From Lingula anatina (lineage: Eukaryota; Animalia; Brachiopoda), in assembly GCA_051362555.1 (NCBI GenBank), contig CM120640.1, positions 59,436,788 through 59,500,787 on the forward strand: a DNA stretch of 64,000 bases. Direction: 5' to 3'. Of the stretch, positions 37,776 through 52,697 are shown piece by piece. The notes beneath the pieces are model-generated. The model did no database searches. It was not told the origin of the DNA and saw nothing but the letters and a program-made list of their open reading frames with translations. The translations under genes and the position numbers were made by a program. The first letter of the stretch is position 1. Every line of letters starts with the position of its first letter.

Positions 37776-40239
37776 AAAAACATCAATCGCTGAGCACATT
37801 CATTCAGGCAGTCTAAGACTGCATTCCCGTAGATTTAGATCGATCCATCTAGATCGACCTAACTCCTTGGGGGTTCACGCTAAATTGATGTCAGCTGAGC
37901 GCGCACGGTAGGTCTTAGACGCCCGTTCATCTGCTCGCTTCTCCTCCCACCTCTTTACCAAAATGTCATCAATAAAATCGTGATACTTCTTACCAAGGCT
38001 GAACGTTTGTGTGGATGGACGCCAGATAAACTTAGACTCATTTCATGTGCAGGTTTATTGCACACGATTTATTTAACCCCGATAACCAACATATATATAA
38101 CCTGACATATACGTATGTGCACCAGCGTAATACGTTTTATTCTTTAGAGTGACACGAAGGATTTTCTGCGAATGAACATTTCTATTCGTCATGAAGATTT
38201 TTCATCGTCAGTTTTCTGTGCCCTAGGGCGACATAATAATAATAATTAAGATTCATAGACCTATCAACACATTGATTTCACAATCACTCATTTGCATCAG
38301 TCATCTTATAATTTCAACTGGAATTAATCGGTGATCACTGATAAACGATCCCATAAGCGGCGAATGGCTACTTAATTGAGAAACTCAAAGGTGATTTCAT
38401 GTCCCACGCAAGTTATGAAAATACCCTGCGGTCGTGACCTTACTTGAGTACACCGAACTTTAGCCGTAAGAATGGTTCACGCTATGGGCTGATCATTCAA
38501 CTACACTTACCGGTCTCAACCGGCCCGATTGTGCTTAATTAATACACAGCTACTGAGTTGGCTAGGCTGGTAACCCATCTTTTAACTCCATTTTTTCACT
38601 TCAGAAGACGTTAGGCTCGGTAGGCCGGTAACTAGTAACTGTAAGAGTGAGATTGTGAAGACACCGAGTCAAAATGTACAAAAAAGCAGGTGCTTTTCAC
38701 ACAACAGTATTGTTCTCGAGCTGCTAAATGTTCATCGTCCATACAGACTCACAGTTACATGCATGTGTTACTGCAATACGCAGAATATTCATATCACGAC
38801 AACAATCGTGTACGTACAATGTAACTAAATATCCTGTCCTTATCACGGTCTATACTATGCTTCATACGTGTTACCACCAAAACTGAATTTCAAAAAATGT
38901 CGTACCCGGTACGCTTCAATACTAAGCAAAGACAAATGAGAAACTGCTACCTAATGCTGGATCAAGCAGGCCATAGTTCTCAACCTAAAACAATAATGTG
39001 ATAAAATAGAATTACGCGAAATCAAAGTTCGATGGCCACACCATTTGTTGTGTAAATAAGATAAATGATTTGCGTCGCCGATTTCATCTGAATATCACAC
39101 ATTTCCCGCGGCGTTTATTAATTCCTTAGCTCATGGGCCAGAATTTAAACCACAGTGGTGGACTCGATAATTGAATCTCTGCAAATTGAATGCCATGTGA
39201 TTTCTTTCTCTCTCTTACTGTGGTAATATCATATACACGTAGTTCTTTTTTCTAAAAGCTGAAGAGAAAACGAAAATTTCTTCTCGCCCTAACAATAGAA
39301 AACTAAAACCATACTACAACAAATGTCAGAACTAACAATACTGAACATGTTTCTGGAGTCACGCTCTTCTTCCAAAGTACATGGAGAAAATGGTTCAACC
39401 CAATAAGTTTCTTTTAAAGATATACATGTATTTGAATCAAGCATAGGATTCCCGGAAACGCCTATAAACCACCTTTACTAGTTTCTCATACGACCCAAAA
39501 ATGTAGTAAAACACATACGCTGATTTTTTTTTACATAAATTGCAATTGACTCATATTAGTGCCAGGGTACGGCTCATAATTTCTAGTATTGAGTAGTGCA
39601 AGACTTTTATTCTAGGGTTAGCACTGATGAGATTATCTTAAAATTTGGAACATCAAGGGTGTTAAGAGAACTAAAGTAAAAGTGTATCAACTTACCCCAC
39701 AAAAAGTCACTCTAGAATCGCAATATCCACCAAATCTCGTTAACACCATGTTCTTTTTGGACGCTATAAGATAACGCAGTGAGGTGCACTGGTTTACCGA
39801 ACGTGGCTGACATTTTATTTCCGGCAACTTCTTTGTAAGCTAAAGTACTGTTAGTAAGCGAATCCCTTGTGATGCACTAATTCTACCATATTCCAGACCT
39901 GCCAATCTGTGAATGCTTTTCGACAGGACAGGAATTATCCAGGGATGAATTTGGCATTAATGGACGGAAGGTATAAAATGAAACAATTTTCTAAAGTGAT
40001 CCTTTTTCCTAGTCCGTGTCATAAAATCTTTTTCCACAGTTAGTACTTGACCAATTCTCTTCTGAAGACAAGGTTTTGTCAGGAGCAATATTTGCAAATG
40101 TTTACATTTGATATAAAATAAGACCCTAAAGGAATGTAGAAAGCATCCCAAAATGCTAATTAGCATATCTACTGCACATATCGGTGTGTGCTTTTATATG
40201 GTGTCAAAAGGGGGGGGGGGGGGGAGCGTAAATGAATGA

Positions 40240-40580
40240 AACTAAAAAAAGCACCCAAGGAGCGCAAACTCCTGCCAAGGCAGATCAATCCCCAAATTTA
40301 TTGATAATCTATTGATTAAAATAAGTAATTAATTTACTCAATTTTCATTATTAATTAATTACGTCTCATTATTAATTGATTCATCACCTCTAAAATCTAC
40401 CCCCTTTCTGGCCTATCCCAAAATTAAATTAAATTTTCTTCATAGCTTTTAACATGTTGCTCACAGACAAAAATACTTTATTAATCAACTTATCAAAAAA
40501 AAAAAAAAAGAATGGATCACCATCAAAATTTAATTGTTTGTTACTTGGTCTCCCCAAAATTTTATCAAAATCCTTCCACA
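40240..40580 (+). mobile_element. HINE/Helentron-like element, truncated diverged copy
   Basis: AACTAAAAAAAGCACCCAAGGAGCGCAAACTCCTGCCAAGGCAG matches the start of the 63094 copy. GGATCACCATCAAAATTTAATTGTTTGTTACTTGGTC (~40514) matches its core. The 3' end was not found. Confidence 0.5.
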
Positions 40581-42219
40581 ACCTTTCCAAACGTAACCAA
40601 AAACATGATCTCCAAGAGGTCAATATTTCAAGTTGGTTTTACAAAAATGTCAGTAAACTAACTATATATAAACGTTCTGCTTTCACTCAAACAATTGAGT
40701 ATTAGAATGCAAATAAAGATAAAACACAGAATGACTGTTTATGGATTATTTGCATAATGTTTGCACAATACGAAAGATCACAAAGGCTGCACGGTTAAAC
40801 ATTCCAGCGAACGCAGCAAAATGTAGTAAGAAATCTGTACAATTTGCCTTCACCCCTTAACACTGCGTATATGTATGTGAATATTTTGTGGACGACAATG
40901 GCACAGTGTCCACGTGTTTGTGTGTTTATATGACGATGGCGTGTTTGGCATCAGTTTGGATCCAAATCTTCAAAAAGCTGATCAAATACCCCGTGTTCCA
41001 AGCACATCATCTCATAAAATGTCTTAACATTCTCAACAGAGCTTCTTTATTTATCTCACTACAAACAGACGCAGAAAGAAGGACAGTGATCAAACATTCA
41101 GATAATGGTAAAGAAAAAAACAAACAGAAAGCGACTTAGACGAAACACTGTGGTCGCATGGCAGCTTTAAATTAAGATTTGTTAATACATGTGGGATTGA
41201 ATGTGTATTTTTTCCAGGCACCCATTTATTTTATTGAGATAAAATGCTGCAGGGGGCTCGGTGTGTAATCAATAGTGGTCACGAAATTTCAAAATTGTGA
41301 TGCACTTCCAATTAGTGCTTCCAAGCAATCCCCACACATTGTATTGTCTCAATCAATTTTCAGAGAAAAAAGATAATCATATGTTTTTCCTAATACACTT
41401 GATCATATAAACCATTCTTTAAACTTTTAGCTATAGAACTATTTTTAGGGACACACTAGTATTTTGGGTGGGATTTGAATCATCCTTGTGTCTACCCGTT
41501 TAGTACACATGCTTTGTCTTTTCCGAGTTTTAATATGGCGTAAATAATCGCATTTTCATTTAACGTCAGTTATCAGTATCTGGAATTAGAAATTGATAAT
41601 ATGATTTAGACGTTTATATTATTATTCTTGAATGAAATATTTAATAAGAAAGGTAATCATTTGCTAGTAATTGAGGTTCTTGGAAAACGAATGACATCTG
41701 GATTAACAATTCAATACGATTAATTCTATATCTTAATAAGAATTTTATTTTATTTCAAGGAAATTGTCATGGTTTTTGAAAAGCTTATTTTCATTTTCTA
41801 TTTAAATTGAAATGCAAACTGTATGATAAAAGTGCTTTCATGTTAGTAACTTGTTACCATTGATGCATGTACTACACCGTACGTCTGGTTAATAGCACTG
41901 CGAGCTTTATTGATATACAATCTAAGACCGTTTAAGAAACACTTAAATACCAAAATCATATATGCGGAGTATACACCCCAGTAGCCATGCACCGTTGACT
42001 TGAAAATACTTGCTTAAATGTGTAAAATATCACCTCCTACCAACAGTACTGAGTATACTTTTGTTTAATAAGCCTTCAAAAAAGTAAAAGGGTACGGTTT
42101 CGTTAAAAGTATAAATACCCGAGCAAATGCAATAATATAAGTGCACTTTCAAATAGCGTAACTTAAATGTCAAAGGGCATTGCCTCATACTCCCCGCAAA
42201 AAATCTGTTTTCTTTTTGT

Positions 42220-42220
<1 letters not shown>

Positions 42221-42305
<85 letters not shown>
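42221..42305. repeat. Compound microsatellite (CT)n(AT)n
   Basis: Directly visible. Confidence 0.95.
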
Positions 42306-42306
<1 letters not shown>

Positions 42307-42913
42307 CCTTCTGTCTTTTCCGGCACTGATTTTTATATTTATACTATTGTCGGTTATGCGTCATACATGTATATTACTTTATCAATTGGCCGATTTGTTG
42401 TAACTGGATGGACGGGAAAAAATCAACTTTCCGAAATGGAATTTGAAGAAGGCGCCGTCTTGCGGCTATTTTTTGGCTGACCAAGTGTAATTTGGTTTAT
42501 CTTTTGGCATGTCGTCTTTACACTAGTAGATGTGGTTTATATGCGTTACAGAGAATCTACGCTCGCTTCATGTGTAACTTTAAATATCTGGTTGGCGAAA
42601 TAACCACTTTACCAATGAAATAATCGAAATTTCTTCAGTTTCGCAATTCCTGGATACACTGACCCCCAACAGTGGCACAGCATGCTATCCAAGACAAAAT
42701 ATAACACATATTCCACCGAGAGTTTTTTTCACTATAGTTGACTGTATCTTCGCAGCTTATATTGTCCGTACTAGAGATTATTTTCAAATAATCCGTTGGT
42801 GGCCATTTTGTTTTTTAAAAGATTTCTTATAGATATTTACATGCAGCAATTCATAAACAATCAGTACTCGCTGCACAACTTTTACGTCATTTAAACATAA
42901 CCATACTAAAATG

Positions 42914-42914
<1 letters not shown>

Positions 42915-43002
<88 letters not shown>
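42915..43002. repeat. (AT)n microsatellite
   Basis: Directly visible. Confidence 0.95.
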
Positions 43003-43005
<3 letters not shown>

Positions 43006-44459
43006 TTTATTGGCTATTGGTGTTATGATGGTCATATATGTAGTCATATTGAAATTTCTTATCAAATAGAAATTGATTTTAAAAGATCTTCGAAATCATG
43101 CACTTTATTAACTTTTATTCGCAATTAACTGTGGCGTGAATACGTTTACAAATTTACGTCGATATTCTTTGACTCTAACTCTAACAGGCACAGGCAAGGT
43201 TTAATCTTACCCTAGTGCATTTTGTTGGAAAATTTCCCTTGCTGAATTTGATTTTAATTTTTTTTCGGTCTTGTCAACAGGAGCAGAAAATCGCGTCACA
43301 ATTTAATTATTTTGTTTTTTTTTCTTATTGTACGTGAGACATGCTATTGCACAGATTTTTCTTTTCTCTGCTTATATTTTATTATACACGTGTCTAGCAG
43401 GTTTCAATCAGGACCTTCTTTGACTTACTTTGAAAGTGTTATAATTATCTTATTTCATATCGCGTGATTTCCAAAGTTTTGTCAATATCACATTATCATA
43501 ACGCCCCCTCCCCCTTCCCAGTCCAAAAAAGGTACACAAGCTCGTTTGGAATTTACTTCAGGTAAACACAGCCTATGCCACAGACAGGGAGGACAAAAAT
43601 TAATTGATGGTCTCCTACCAAGTGGAGATCTTTGACATTTCCTCCTCATTTGTCTTCACTACGGTTTAAATCAATAAGTCAGTGGTTGAGATTGTTTCGC
43701 GATGATGTTTTCAGGTTCTGGCTTGGTTCCATATATATGCTGTTAATCACTCACCGTATTGATTAAAGCTACCACAATTAGGAGTAGAATCCCGCAGAAC
43801 TTAAGCACTCAAACTAAGCATGCATTGATATTATCGAAATCCAAAGTGCCTTACGAGAGGAAGGGGTAGAGGAAACGTTTCGTTTTTTACACAAAAGCTT
43901 CTTTCAAATGAAAATTATTGACTTCTAAATGTTCGCATGACTGTGCATGCTGACAGTACCGGTAGATTGTCCAAACAATGTTTAAACATTGCTTTTGGCA
44001 ATAGATTCATCAATGTGTTTGTTTAATTTTTCAAGAATTTACCATCTGACATAACACTTTCCAACACATGATGTCCGTAGCCCTGGTAGAAATGCAATCT
44101 GCAAATCGCTCCGAGTAGTTCAAGCATTGGTCTTTGAGATAAGCATTACCCAGCACTATCGGTTTCATCAAGACACCAATAACGGGATATCATACCAATA
44201 CATCCTCAACCATCAAGACAAACTGGATTAGAATCCACAGAACTTTGGTGTATGAATTATTTACAATTGAGGAGCCCTCAAGCCTTTTTAATTGTGGTGA
44301 TCTACTCATATACAAGCTAGATTTGATTATCTTTAGAAACACTATACTGAAAGAGTCATCGTGTTAAGAGCTGAGTATCTTTCAACCCATATTAAAAACA
44401 TTGGTGTTTCATGATAGGATTCTGTAGATATGGCTCTAAAGGATAATGTCGTATTTTCC

Positions 44460-44665
44460 AACAAAATATGGGGTTGTTCGTACTGCAAGGTGAAAAAGGC
44501 AGCTATTAAAAGGTTATATAAAACTGAAGTACAGGTATGAATAAAACCGACAGCCAATACTCTAATTTTTGAAAAATATCAAACGTCGCATTTACCAACA
44601 TACGGGGCTGTTCATACCGCAAGGTGAAAAATAGGCTTTTAATAAAAAGTTGTATAAAACTGAAA
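44460..44665. repeat. Diverged local tandem duplication (~135-bp period)
   Basis: GGGGTTGTTCGTACTGCAAGGTGAAAAAG...TATATAAAACTGAA versus GGGGCTGTTCATACCGCAAGGTGAAAAAT...TGTATAAAACTGAA. Confidence 0.6.
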
Positions 44666-47600
44666 ATTGGCGAAATGATCATTTTATCTAAAATGGACGA
44701 CTGGCAAGTTGGAAAAGTAATATATCTGTGGGTATTTTGTGAGCACTGACTGAAAATGCAGCACATACAGTAACTGATTATAAACATTATGAATATCAAA
44801 CCTACATGGTGATGACTTCCTTGCCCAATCTTTTAAAATCATATTAACGTAAACATTTAGTCATAAATAAAGACCAAAATACAGCGGCATAAATATTGAA
44901 TATTCTTGGTGCTGCGTGGACACTACACTATCTGATTGAAGATAAACCAATGCCATGAAGTTCACCTATACACTCAATAAAAATGTCATGTTTGCCATCT
45001 ACATTTGAAACTCAAAACTGGAAAAACAAGAGGCTGGGGTAAAATCTATTGCATCATAGGAACGTAAATAATCCCCTTTGCAAGTGGTTAACTTACACAC
45101 GCCTTGTTTAGTTTGTATTGGCACAATTAAAAACATACAAAAGAGATCAATAAAGAATGTGAAAACAGAGTTATATGTCTAAGGCGCCGTTACAAACCTC
45201 CTTAAACTTGCACCAGTGATGGAATTACCGCACATGCCTACATGTACGTAAGTCACTGCATGTTGCTACATGTATTAAAAAATCACTGCAGCTACACCGT
45301 TTGTCTTTAGATGCATATAAATGTACGTCCTGAATCCAAACATCTTAATTATACATGTACCCTATGATAAAGACGTTGTATTCAGTCAATTATGATAACA
45401 TATAAATAAATTCATATTTCTTATTTTTAGTGTATTGTTTTAAGTTGTCTAACTATACTTTCTGGACAATGGCCACAGTGGCCACCTAGTTGTCAGCCGA
45501 AACCAAAGCTGTGTATACTGTGTAAGATCAATAACAAATTGTGCAACCTCTTAATGGACTGCCTGCGACGGCATGTTGTTTTCCCAGATACCCCCCTCCA
45601 TCATAAGAGAGAAGCTAAGCGCCCAAAGCCACTGATCAATCAGAACGAAAGAGACATAGAAACCTAACCTTAGACTTTTCTGAATGCCTTCAGAAATAGT
45701 AGCTGCAAATATTTAGCTTGAATCTTAACAAGAAGCGAGAAGCAATAAAGCATATGTGTTCTTGTCGAAAGTGAGTTACAAATCCGAGTATTTGAGTCAG
45801 TGGTTCAATAAAGCCTTTTGGTAGACAGATTTAATGCGATAAGTGAAATTTGCTAAATGGTTTTAGTTGAAAAAAGTTGCACAATCACGGGTTGCAGTAA
45901 AACTCTATTACAAAAAAGCAAATGTTAGATAAACTATATATATATAAATAAAGCAGTTGGACCAAAACAATCAATTCAAAATATCCTCTGCCTTTAGAAA
46001 AAGTAGAACACATCATACAATTTCCATGAGACCAGATTAAATGATATGTTGCAATTATTGAAAATGATATTGGTTAGATTTAAAACAGACAAAAGCACTA
46101 ACGAGAAATCCGCTTTGCTCCTCGACAATTCTTCGATCAGCACTTGCAAGCCCCCACCATTTTCACTCGTAACTTGAAAATATCACATGAAAAATTTAAA
46201 TTATTGGTTGAAGTGTAGTCTTGTTTGTGTATTTTAAGGACCAATAAACATTTTAAGACCAGCGTTGCGTGTTTGTGGTTAATTTGCGTGTAACTGAATA
46301 TTTATATCACGGCAGAAGTAAGCCAGCGCCCTTGCAGCACGAAGAGGCTGGGTTTTATCATTCCACATGCTGGGCAGCAGATACCAAAACCTCTATTTCC
46401 TCACAGCAAAGTTTAAGGCTTGTCATAATGTTACGTTTTCTTCTTTAAGAGAGGGATGGTGAAATGTATCTTCAAAAATTCACCAACAAACCTGAATTTC
46501 GTCTTATTTTCCCAGAGTTTCGGCTCAGCATAACTTCCCTTCTGTCAAATACAACAAATATTTCAGACACAACCTTATAATTCGTACAATGTTGTTGATA
46601 TTTGCGACAGGCAGCAGGTTTTCCATATGACAAGTAAAAGTGTTACAATTTATATGCATGCCACACGTCGGTTACGGGCTTAAGATGTTTAGGTCCTGAA
46701 AATTGTGCCGAATAACAAATGGAACACTGTATTACGTCATCTCTCGCATACCTGCACATTGACCGTGAGATAATAAATAAATATTCAGAACAGGTACTCT
46801 TACTTGACCTCACGACCTTAAATCGATATTATTCACTTTACAACGGCCTTCAAAGCCCCACCTAAATCATTTGACATCCCAGTCAACATGCGATCAAAGA
46901 CAAGGCTTGAATTGTTGTTTTTCTCTAGAAGAAATCTGACCCGATCTCGCGGTATTGCATTTCGCGCTGGTTTATTGTGGTTTCTGCAAGTCACGAACAT
47001 TACAAGTTTGATTAATATACTTTTTCTATGAGACATTTAGCAAGACATACCGTGTCAAGTCTCTTTTCAGACCATGGAAGTATTATTGGAAATATAACAC
47101 TCTCGCTGTAGAAAGTGTCCACCTCGCAATTGAATACGAATATCGTTATGCTGTTTTATTTCCAAGACAAAATTTTGAATCAAAAGACAATCTTTATTTA
47201 CTTTTTTATGGGGGGGGGGGGGGGGGGGGGGATAGGCGCTACATCCCAGTGCTGTTCTCAAATATGTGTATGTGTAGTCAGTTCACCAAGTTCAGAATGT
47301 CAATCCCTTTTCACTAGTTTTCGAAAATGTCAAATTATAGCTGGTAAATGCTGTATTTCCATAAATAAAACCTTGCGTATACTATGTGCCTTCCATTAAA
47401 TGTGTTGTATATACAACATTATGTGACGTAAATAAAGTAGCGTTATTTGCTATACCGAGCTACCTGTAGATATAAGGCACATGTAGGTAGGCTGAAACAC
47501 GTGGTGTGCATATGTAGGATATCCGAAAATGACGGAAAATGCCATCAGGCCAGAGACCATGCTCGTCTACTGAAATTCATTAACGATAAACGAAAGAGCA

Positions 47601-48316
47601 AAGAGCATATTCAAATATATATTTTTAATTTTCTGTCAGTTTAAAGTACATGTACACGAAGTGAGCAAGAAATAAATTCTCTCTGTCTTTATCATATTGA
47701 TGAAGTACTCAGTAGATATTATAATCGATGTGGTAACATGTCTACACATTCTGCAGTTTGGAGAGGGGTCAATCAATGCACAGTATACTAGTTAGTCAAT
47801 TCTCCAAGCAATTGTCCGAATAGGCTAAATGTAATTGTCGTCATAAAAGGGATATGCGGACAGATGATCTAATCAAAGCTACAGAATATATTTTATCTAG
47901 GGGGAGTAAGAGTTTACCTGGCATACAGAGATAACGACAACATTTGTACTTGTATTGTATCCGTCTATCACTTGCAGTGAACCTCAAAGTATTTGGATTT
48001 TCGATGTCTATTTTCATAGATTTATACACAGACAAACACCCAGATACATTGAACACTTGCATAATTTTACTGCATTGCAGTAGCACCTACCCGGCACTCA
48101 AACTGAGCAATGTTAATCACCCGTATGACCCTTGTTTAATACATTACATACATCTTTCTTTTTGGAAAGCTAACGAATGTCAATACAAGGTACCCACTTT
48201 ATACATGTAGGATCCCCAAACTATTGCCTGTGGAGAGTTTATATTATATTATATTAACATTTAACACACTCATTTATCATATATGTATATTTTGTCTCAG
48301 TAATATACGGTCCCTC

Positions 48317-48347
<31 letters not shown>

Positions 48348-50611
48348 TCTCTGTGGGGAGGGGGGGCGGGGGCACGCGCAGGCATAGCAAATGAAAAGAA
48401 ACTGAACAAATATTAGCAGAAACAGTGAAATCCCATTCTTCTTCCCTACTCGCTCGTCAGTAACCCGTCTTTGGAGCATTTTGTGTTGCGGTCCAAACAA
48501 TCAGCTTAATTACTGGTCGTATTTACTGACCATTTTAGAATCCAGACAATGTCTTTATATACGCAGGGCTAACTGGCATTTATCTAGCAGTTTTACTTGT
48601 GCAAAGCCCATACATTCTATGACGAACTGGCATATGTTGTATTATTACGTAATGAAGTTCTTGTTTAGAACATTACCCAAGCTCGGCGGTTGGTAGACAT
48701 GATTAGGGCATGTTCAATCTGATTTATCACGTACAGAAGTGATATATTACATATAAATTGAATTTTAAAAAGAAACACTTGCCTGATATAGCCTACACCT
48801 CTAGGCTATTTATCAAAGAAAATCGTCTGAGCAGAAATGGTTGCGAAAGATAATCGGTTCCGTAACATATTATTCAAGCAATATATATAAGCAACCAAGG
48901 AAACATGGATACAAAACACATAAACAGGCCCCAGTCTATCTCTCTTTTCTCCATTTATTTCTAAACCACTTACCTTACAGCTGGAGTATGGAGTTTGGGT
49001 ATAGTTTATGCCAGAACCTCCAGACTTAGTCCATACACTGCACACCGTGCTAATGTCTGGCAAAAATTCCTATGTACACTAACAATAGCATACTTCACAA
49101 CAGGTTAACGCAACTGTTATTGCGGTAGTATACTAAGCCGTATAAATAAACATTTCGATTCCCTGGACCTAACTCCAGACAAACAAAATTATTTCTCCGT
49201 ATCCTAATTTGCCTTGAAGTTGTTCACTGCAATGGAGTTTGTTTCCTTGGGTCAGTGTGAGCGCTTTTCACCGCGTCATGGACTCGCCTGGTATAGAGCA
49301 GGTAAGTCCTTGACTCAACAAGGCACGTCGCTCTTTGACACAGGCATAATACAAAAATCGTATTATTAGGTAGCAGTCACGGCATTGGACAATTCTCAAT
49401 AGAATAATGCATTTAATAACACATAAGGTCATTGCTACAATCGACCTAATAATAAATCACGTAAGTGGTTCCGTTCTTACTCGTTAAAAAGCGCGTCTGA
49501 GGCGAGTTCTAGTATTTCCTCCGTAAACACTGTCGACTTTATGTAATGTTCCTTCTCTGTAAAGCAGTTTTGGTTTGGGCGTGAGAATCGATACGACCAA
49601 GCAAACTTATAAAAAGCTTATTAAGATACAATTAAAATAATATTAAGATAATATTAAAATACAATTTGCAAGATAAAGTTATATTCCTACTGTTGTTGTT
49701 ATGGCCAAGAAACATAAAACTTTTCGTTTTTGTAGAAGGATAATGGCATAAAGATAAGACTACTTGTGCAACACTTTTCTTTTATTAGTTTTTGCCTTAG
49801 AGGATAGCGGGGAGGAATAAAAGGGGGTAGGTAGAGTGGGTGGATTAAAGACTCCAGATATTTCTACACTGGAAATATAAACCCATCCAGTTGTTCCTAG
49901 TAGTTATTTCGGGTTAAAGATAAATTGACAAGTGGAGTAATTGCCTGTGGCATGAGCCCAATCAAGTCTGCCCAAAAGATGTTCTTTATTTAACAATGTG
50001 TCAGTTAATGCAGCAATTATTTTTGCGATCTATTACCAGCAGAATCATAACAGTATACAGCTCTAATATGCGTAACCGTTTTAATATTTACAGCAAATTT
50101 TAATTCGTATTAAAAGAATGTGTGCATGTTATATTTTAATCTTGACCAGGGGGATTTAAAATCAGCTTAGGCCAGGTTAAAATATAAGTCACAGTCAATT
50201 ATGAGTTATAAGTAGCTCGGGATAATTATCACATCCCTTGAAATTCCCACCGGAGTACATTTTAGTTAGATACAATCCATACATAAGAACAACCTCCCGT
50301 TATCATAAATAACTATCTAGCATATTGGGGTTTACAAAACGTTTTTGCCTTACAAGGGTTATTTTGATTGCTACCATCTTATGTACCTTGACAAACATTT
50401 TAAATTCATTTTCATTTTCATATTCTAAAATATAGTCATCATTATTCTCGATTGTGTAAGCATCAATTATAAGTAAATTGGTAGTGAAGAACATAGGGCT
50501 AGGTAGATGCGACATGGTGTCACCAAAAAGTTGAAAATTCTATGTTTCCTACATGGCCAGCCCAAATTGAAATCCAAAACATATATATAGATACTTACAT
50601 ACCAGTTATAT

Positions 50612-52647
50612 TCACACCAAGGCTAACATGTAAACACACCAGTAAATAACGTTAAAAAGCAAAAAAGCTGAGGTGAAGGCTATTCGTGATAATTTATCCA
50701 AGTTGTCAGCGTTCCACTTTGAGTGTAGGGGCGTGAAATCCAAATTGTCTGCTGAAACATGGCACTGCTTTTGTCGTCTTAGAGGAACAGCCTCGGGTAT
50801 TTCTGGTAATGCCAAAGGGATGTTTGACATTATCATGTTGTCCATAGGGCCTTGGAACTGTAAGAAGAGTTTTCAACAACTGATCACAAAATCTGTCAAT
50901 TCACTTTCATGGCATTTAACAGCTCAGCATGTCAAAAGCTTAACAAAAGTAGTTTAGAATAAGGTAATTCCAAAACTGCACATGACGACTCGTTATAGAA
51001 TCCCATAGCCTAACAGCAATATGCGATGCAATATATTACATTTTGGGGGGAAAACATAAGGACAAAACATCAGCTTTGAGTAGGATTCGAATGCATGTTA
51101 TTGTTTTGAATAATTTACAAAGCACACACGAGCAATATGCTTAGGTGAGACTCTAATACTATATGTATGTGGTATGCCTGGATTATTTTTACGTACAGCC
51201 TTCTTAATATTGGCATTTTTCTCTGGTCTAGTTGCCTTTTCCTTCTGTCTAGCCTCTCTCTGGAGCATGACATTGGCCGCTGCATACTCCAACATAGATG
51301 CTACGACAAATATTAGACAGACTGCCATCCACACGTCTACAGCTTTTATGTAGGAGACTCTGGGCAACCTCTGCTGTAAAGTCACGCTCTGCGTAGTGAT
51401 GGTAAGCACAGTGATGACACCTATCGACACGCGCGCTGGCGTCGCTCTGGGATCTATCATGAAGTTTACAAAGGAGATAATGACGACTACGAAAGATGGA
51501 GCGTAGACGTTTAGAACGTAATACCGCATGTCCCGACTCAGCTGAAATTCGGCGTAGATACAAGGGTATTCTCCTGGAAATTTATATGATTGTAATTAAT
51601 TTTAGTTTCAATGATCAATCAATGATACTGTACAATTGGACTTTTCTTGCGTATACAGGATTATTTTTACTTAGATAAGCAAAAAAATGGCAGGCATCTT
51701 TGTTAACTTCCCTTTTCCGCAGGGGGGGGGGGGAGGGGCAATTTTGTAAGAAGGGGTATCGGGAAATGACATTTTATCTAGTCCAAAAGCGATGATGAAA
51801 TCATTCAATTAAATAAACAGTGCTCCCGGCTATATACAGCATCATAACGTTTACCCGTGGAAGTTCCTGTGGTGCAGTATTTAGGAGAGTCACTTTCCAA
51901 TGTGAATTCCGGCAGATAAAGATCGTCTTTTCTCTGAATAGGATCTGTCTCCTTCCAGAAAATGTTGACATCTTCAGTGGTGTACGCATCTGGTAGGGGC
52001 ATTAAAAAAACGTGAGTAATTGAAACTGATTACACTAGAAAGCAACTTTCGTTCTTTTAAATAATCCATAACGACATTTGTGGGAGCAGGTTGTAATAAT
52101 ACTTCTGTTTCTTTCCAAATTATTTTCATTTGGTTCATTTTATAATCCAAGTTGAAAAGTTAACCCAAGCCAAATATTTGAGGACTGTAAACTTGTTATC
52201 ATTTCTTGATTTGGCATGAGCCAACTTCAGGAGGAATGAGACACCTTCACCTCGGAGTGACTTTGAGGAGTTTTATTTATATCTAGTAAATTTCTATCAA
52301 CTTTAGAAACATAATTTAAAAAAAATAATAACTGCACATGTGCGCTTTTACATATACCGATCGTCACATATTCAGTTCCTATAGACACAATTTATGTAAT
52401 TAAGAATTATGCGTTTTTCATTACTTGTAGTCATCTAAACAATACTCACAGCTGTGTATTTCAATCCTGCAGGTCTGTGAATCCATTGGGAATTTGTAGA
52501 AATCGTACAGGCAGGAAAGCTTCATAGAGATTCTAGTGTTAAAAAAGGACCAATTCATCCATCCTGCAATATCTGTACATTGTGGACAATTCATACCGAT
52601 GATGGTGGAAGTATCATATTCAAATAATGAAATATAGTTTGAATCGC

Positions 52648-52697
<50 letters not shown>

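Noticed and set aside
36000-50500. Many 60-140-aa ORFs in the gap between INDR and channel A (and in 1000-18000, 21300-33900)
   Set aside because: They have no recognisable domains and no consistent splice chain, and many use non-ATG starts or derive from microsatellites, as expected by chance in AT-rich DNA.
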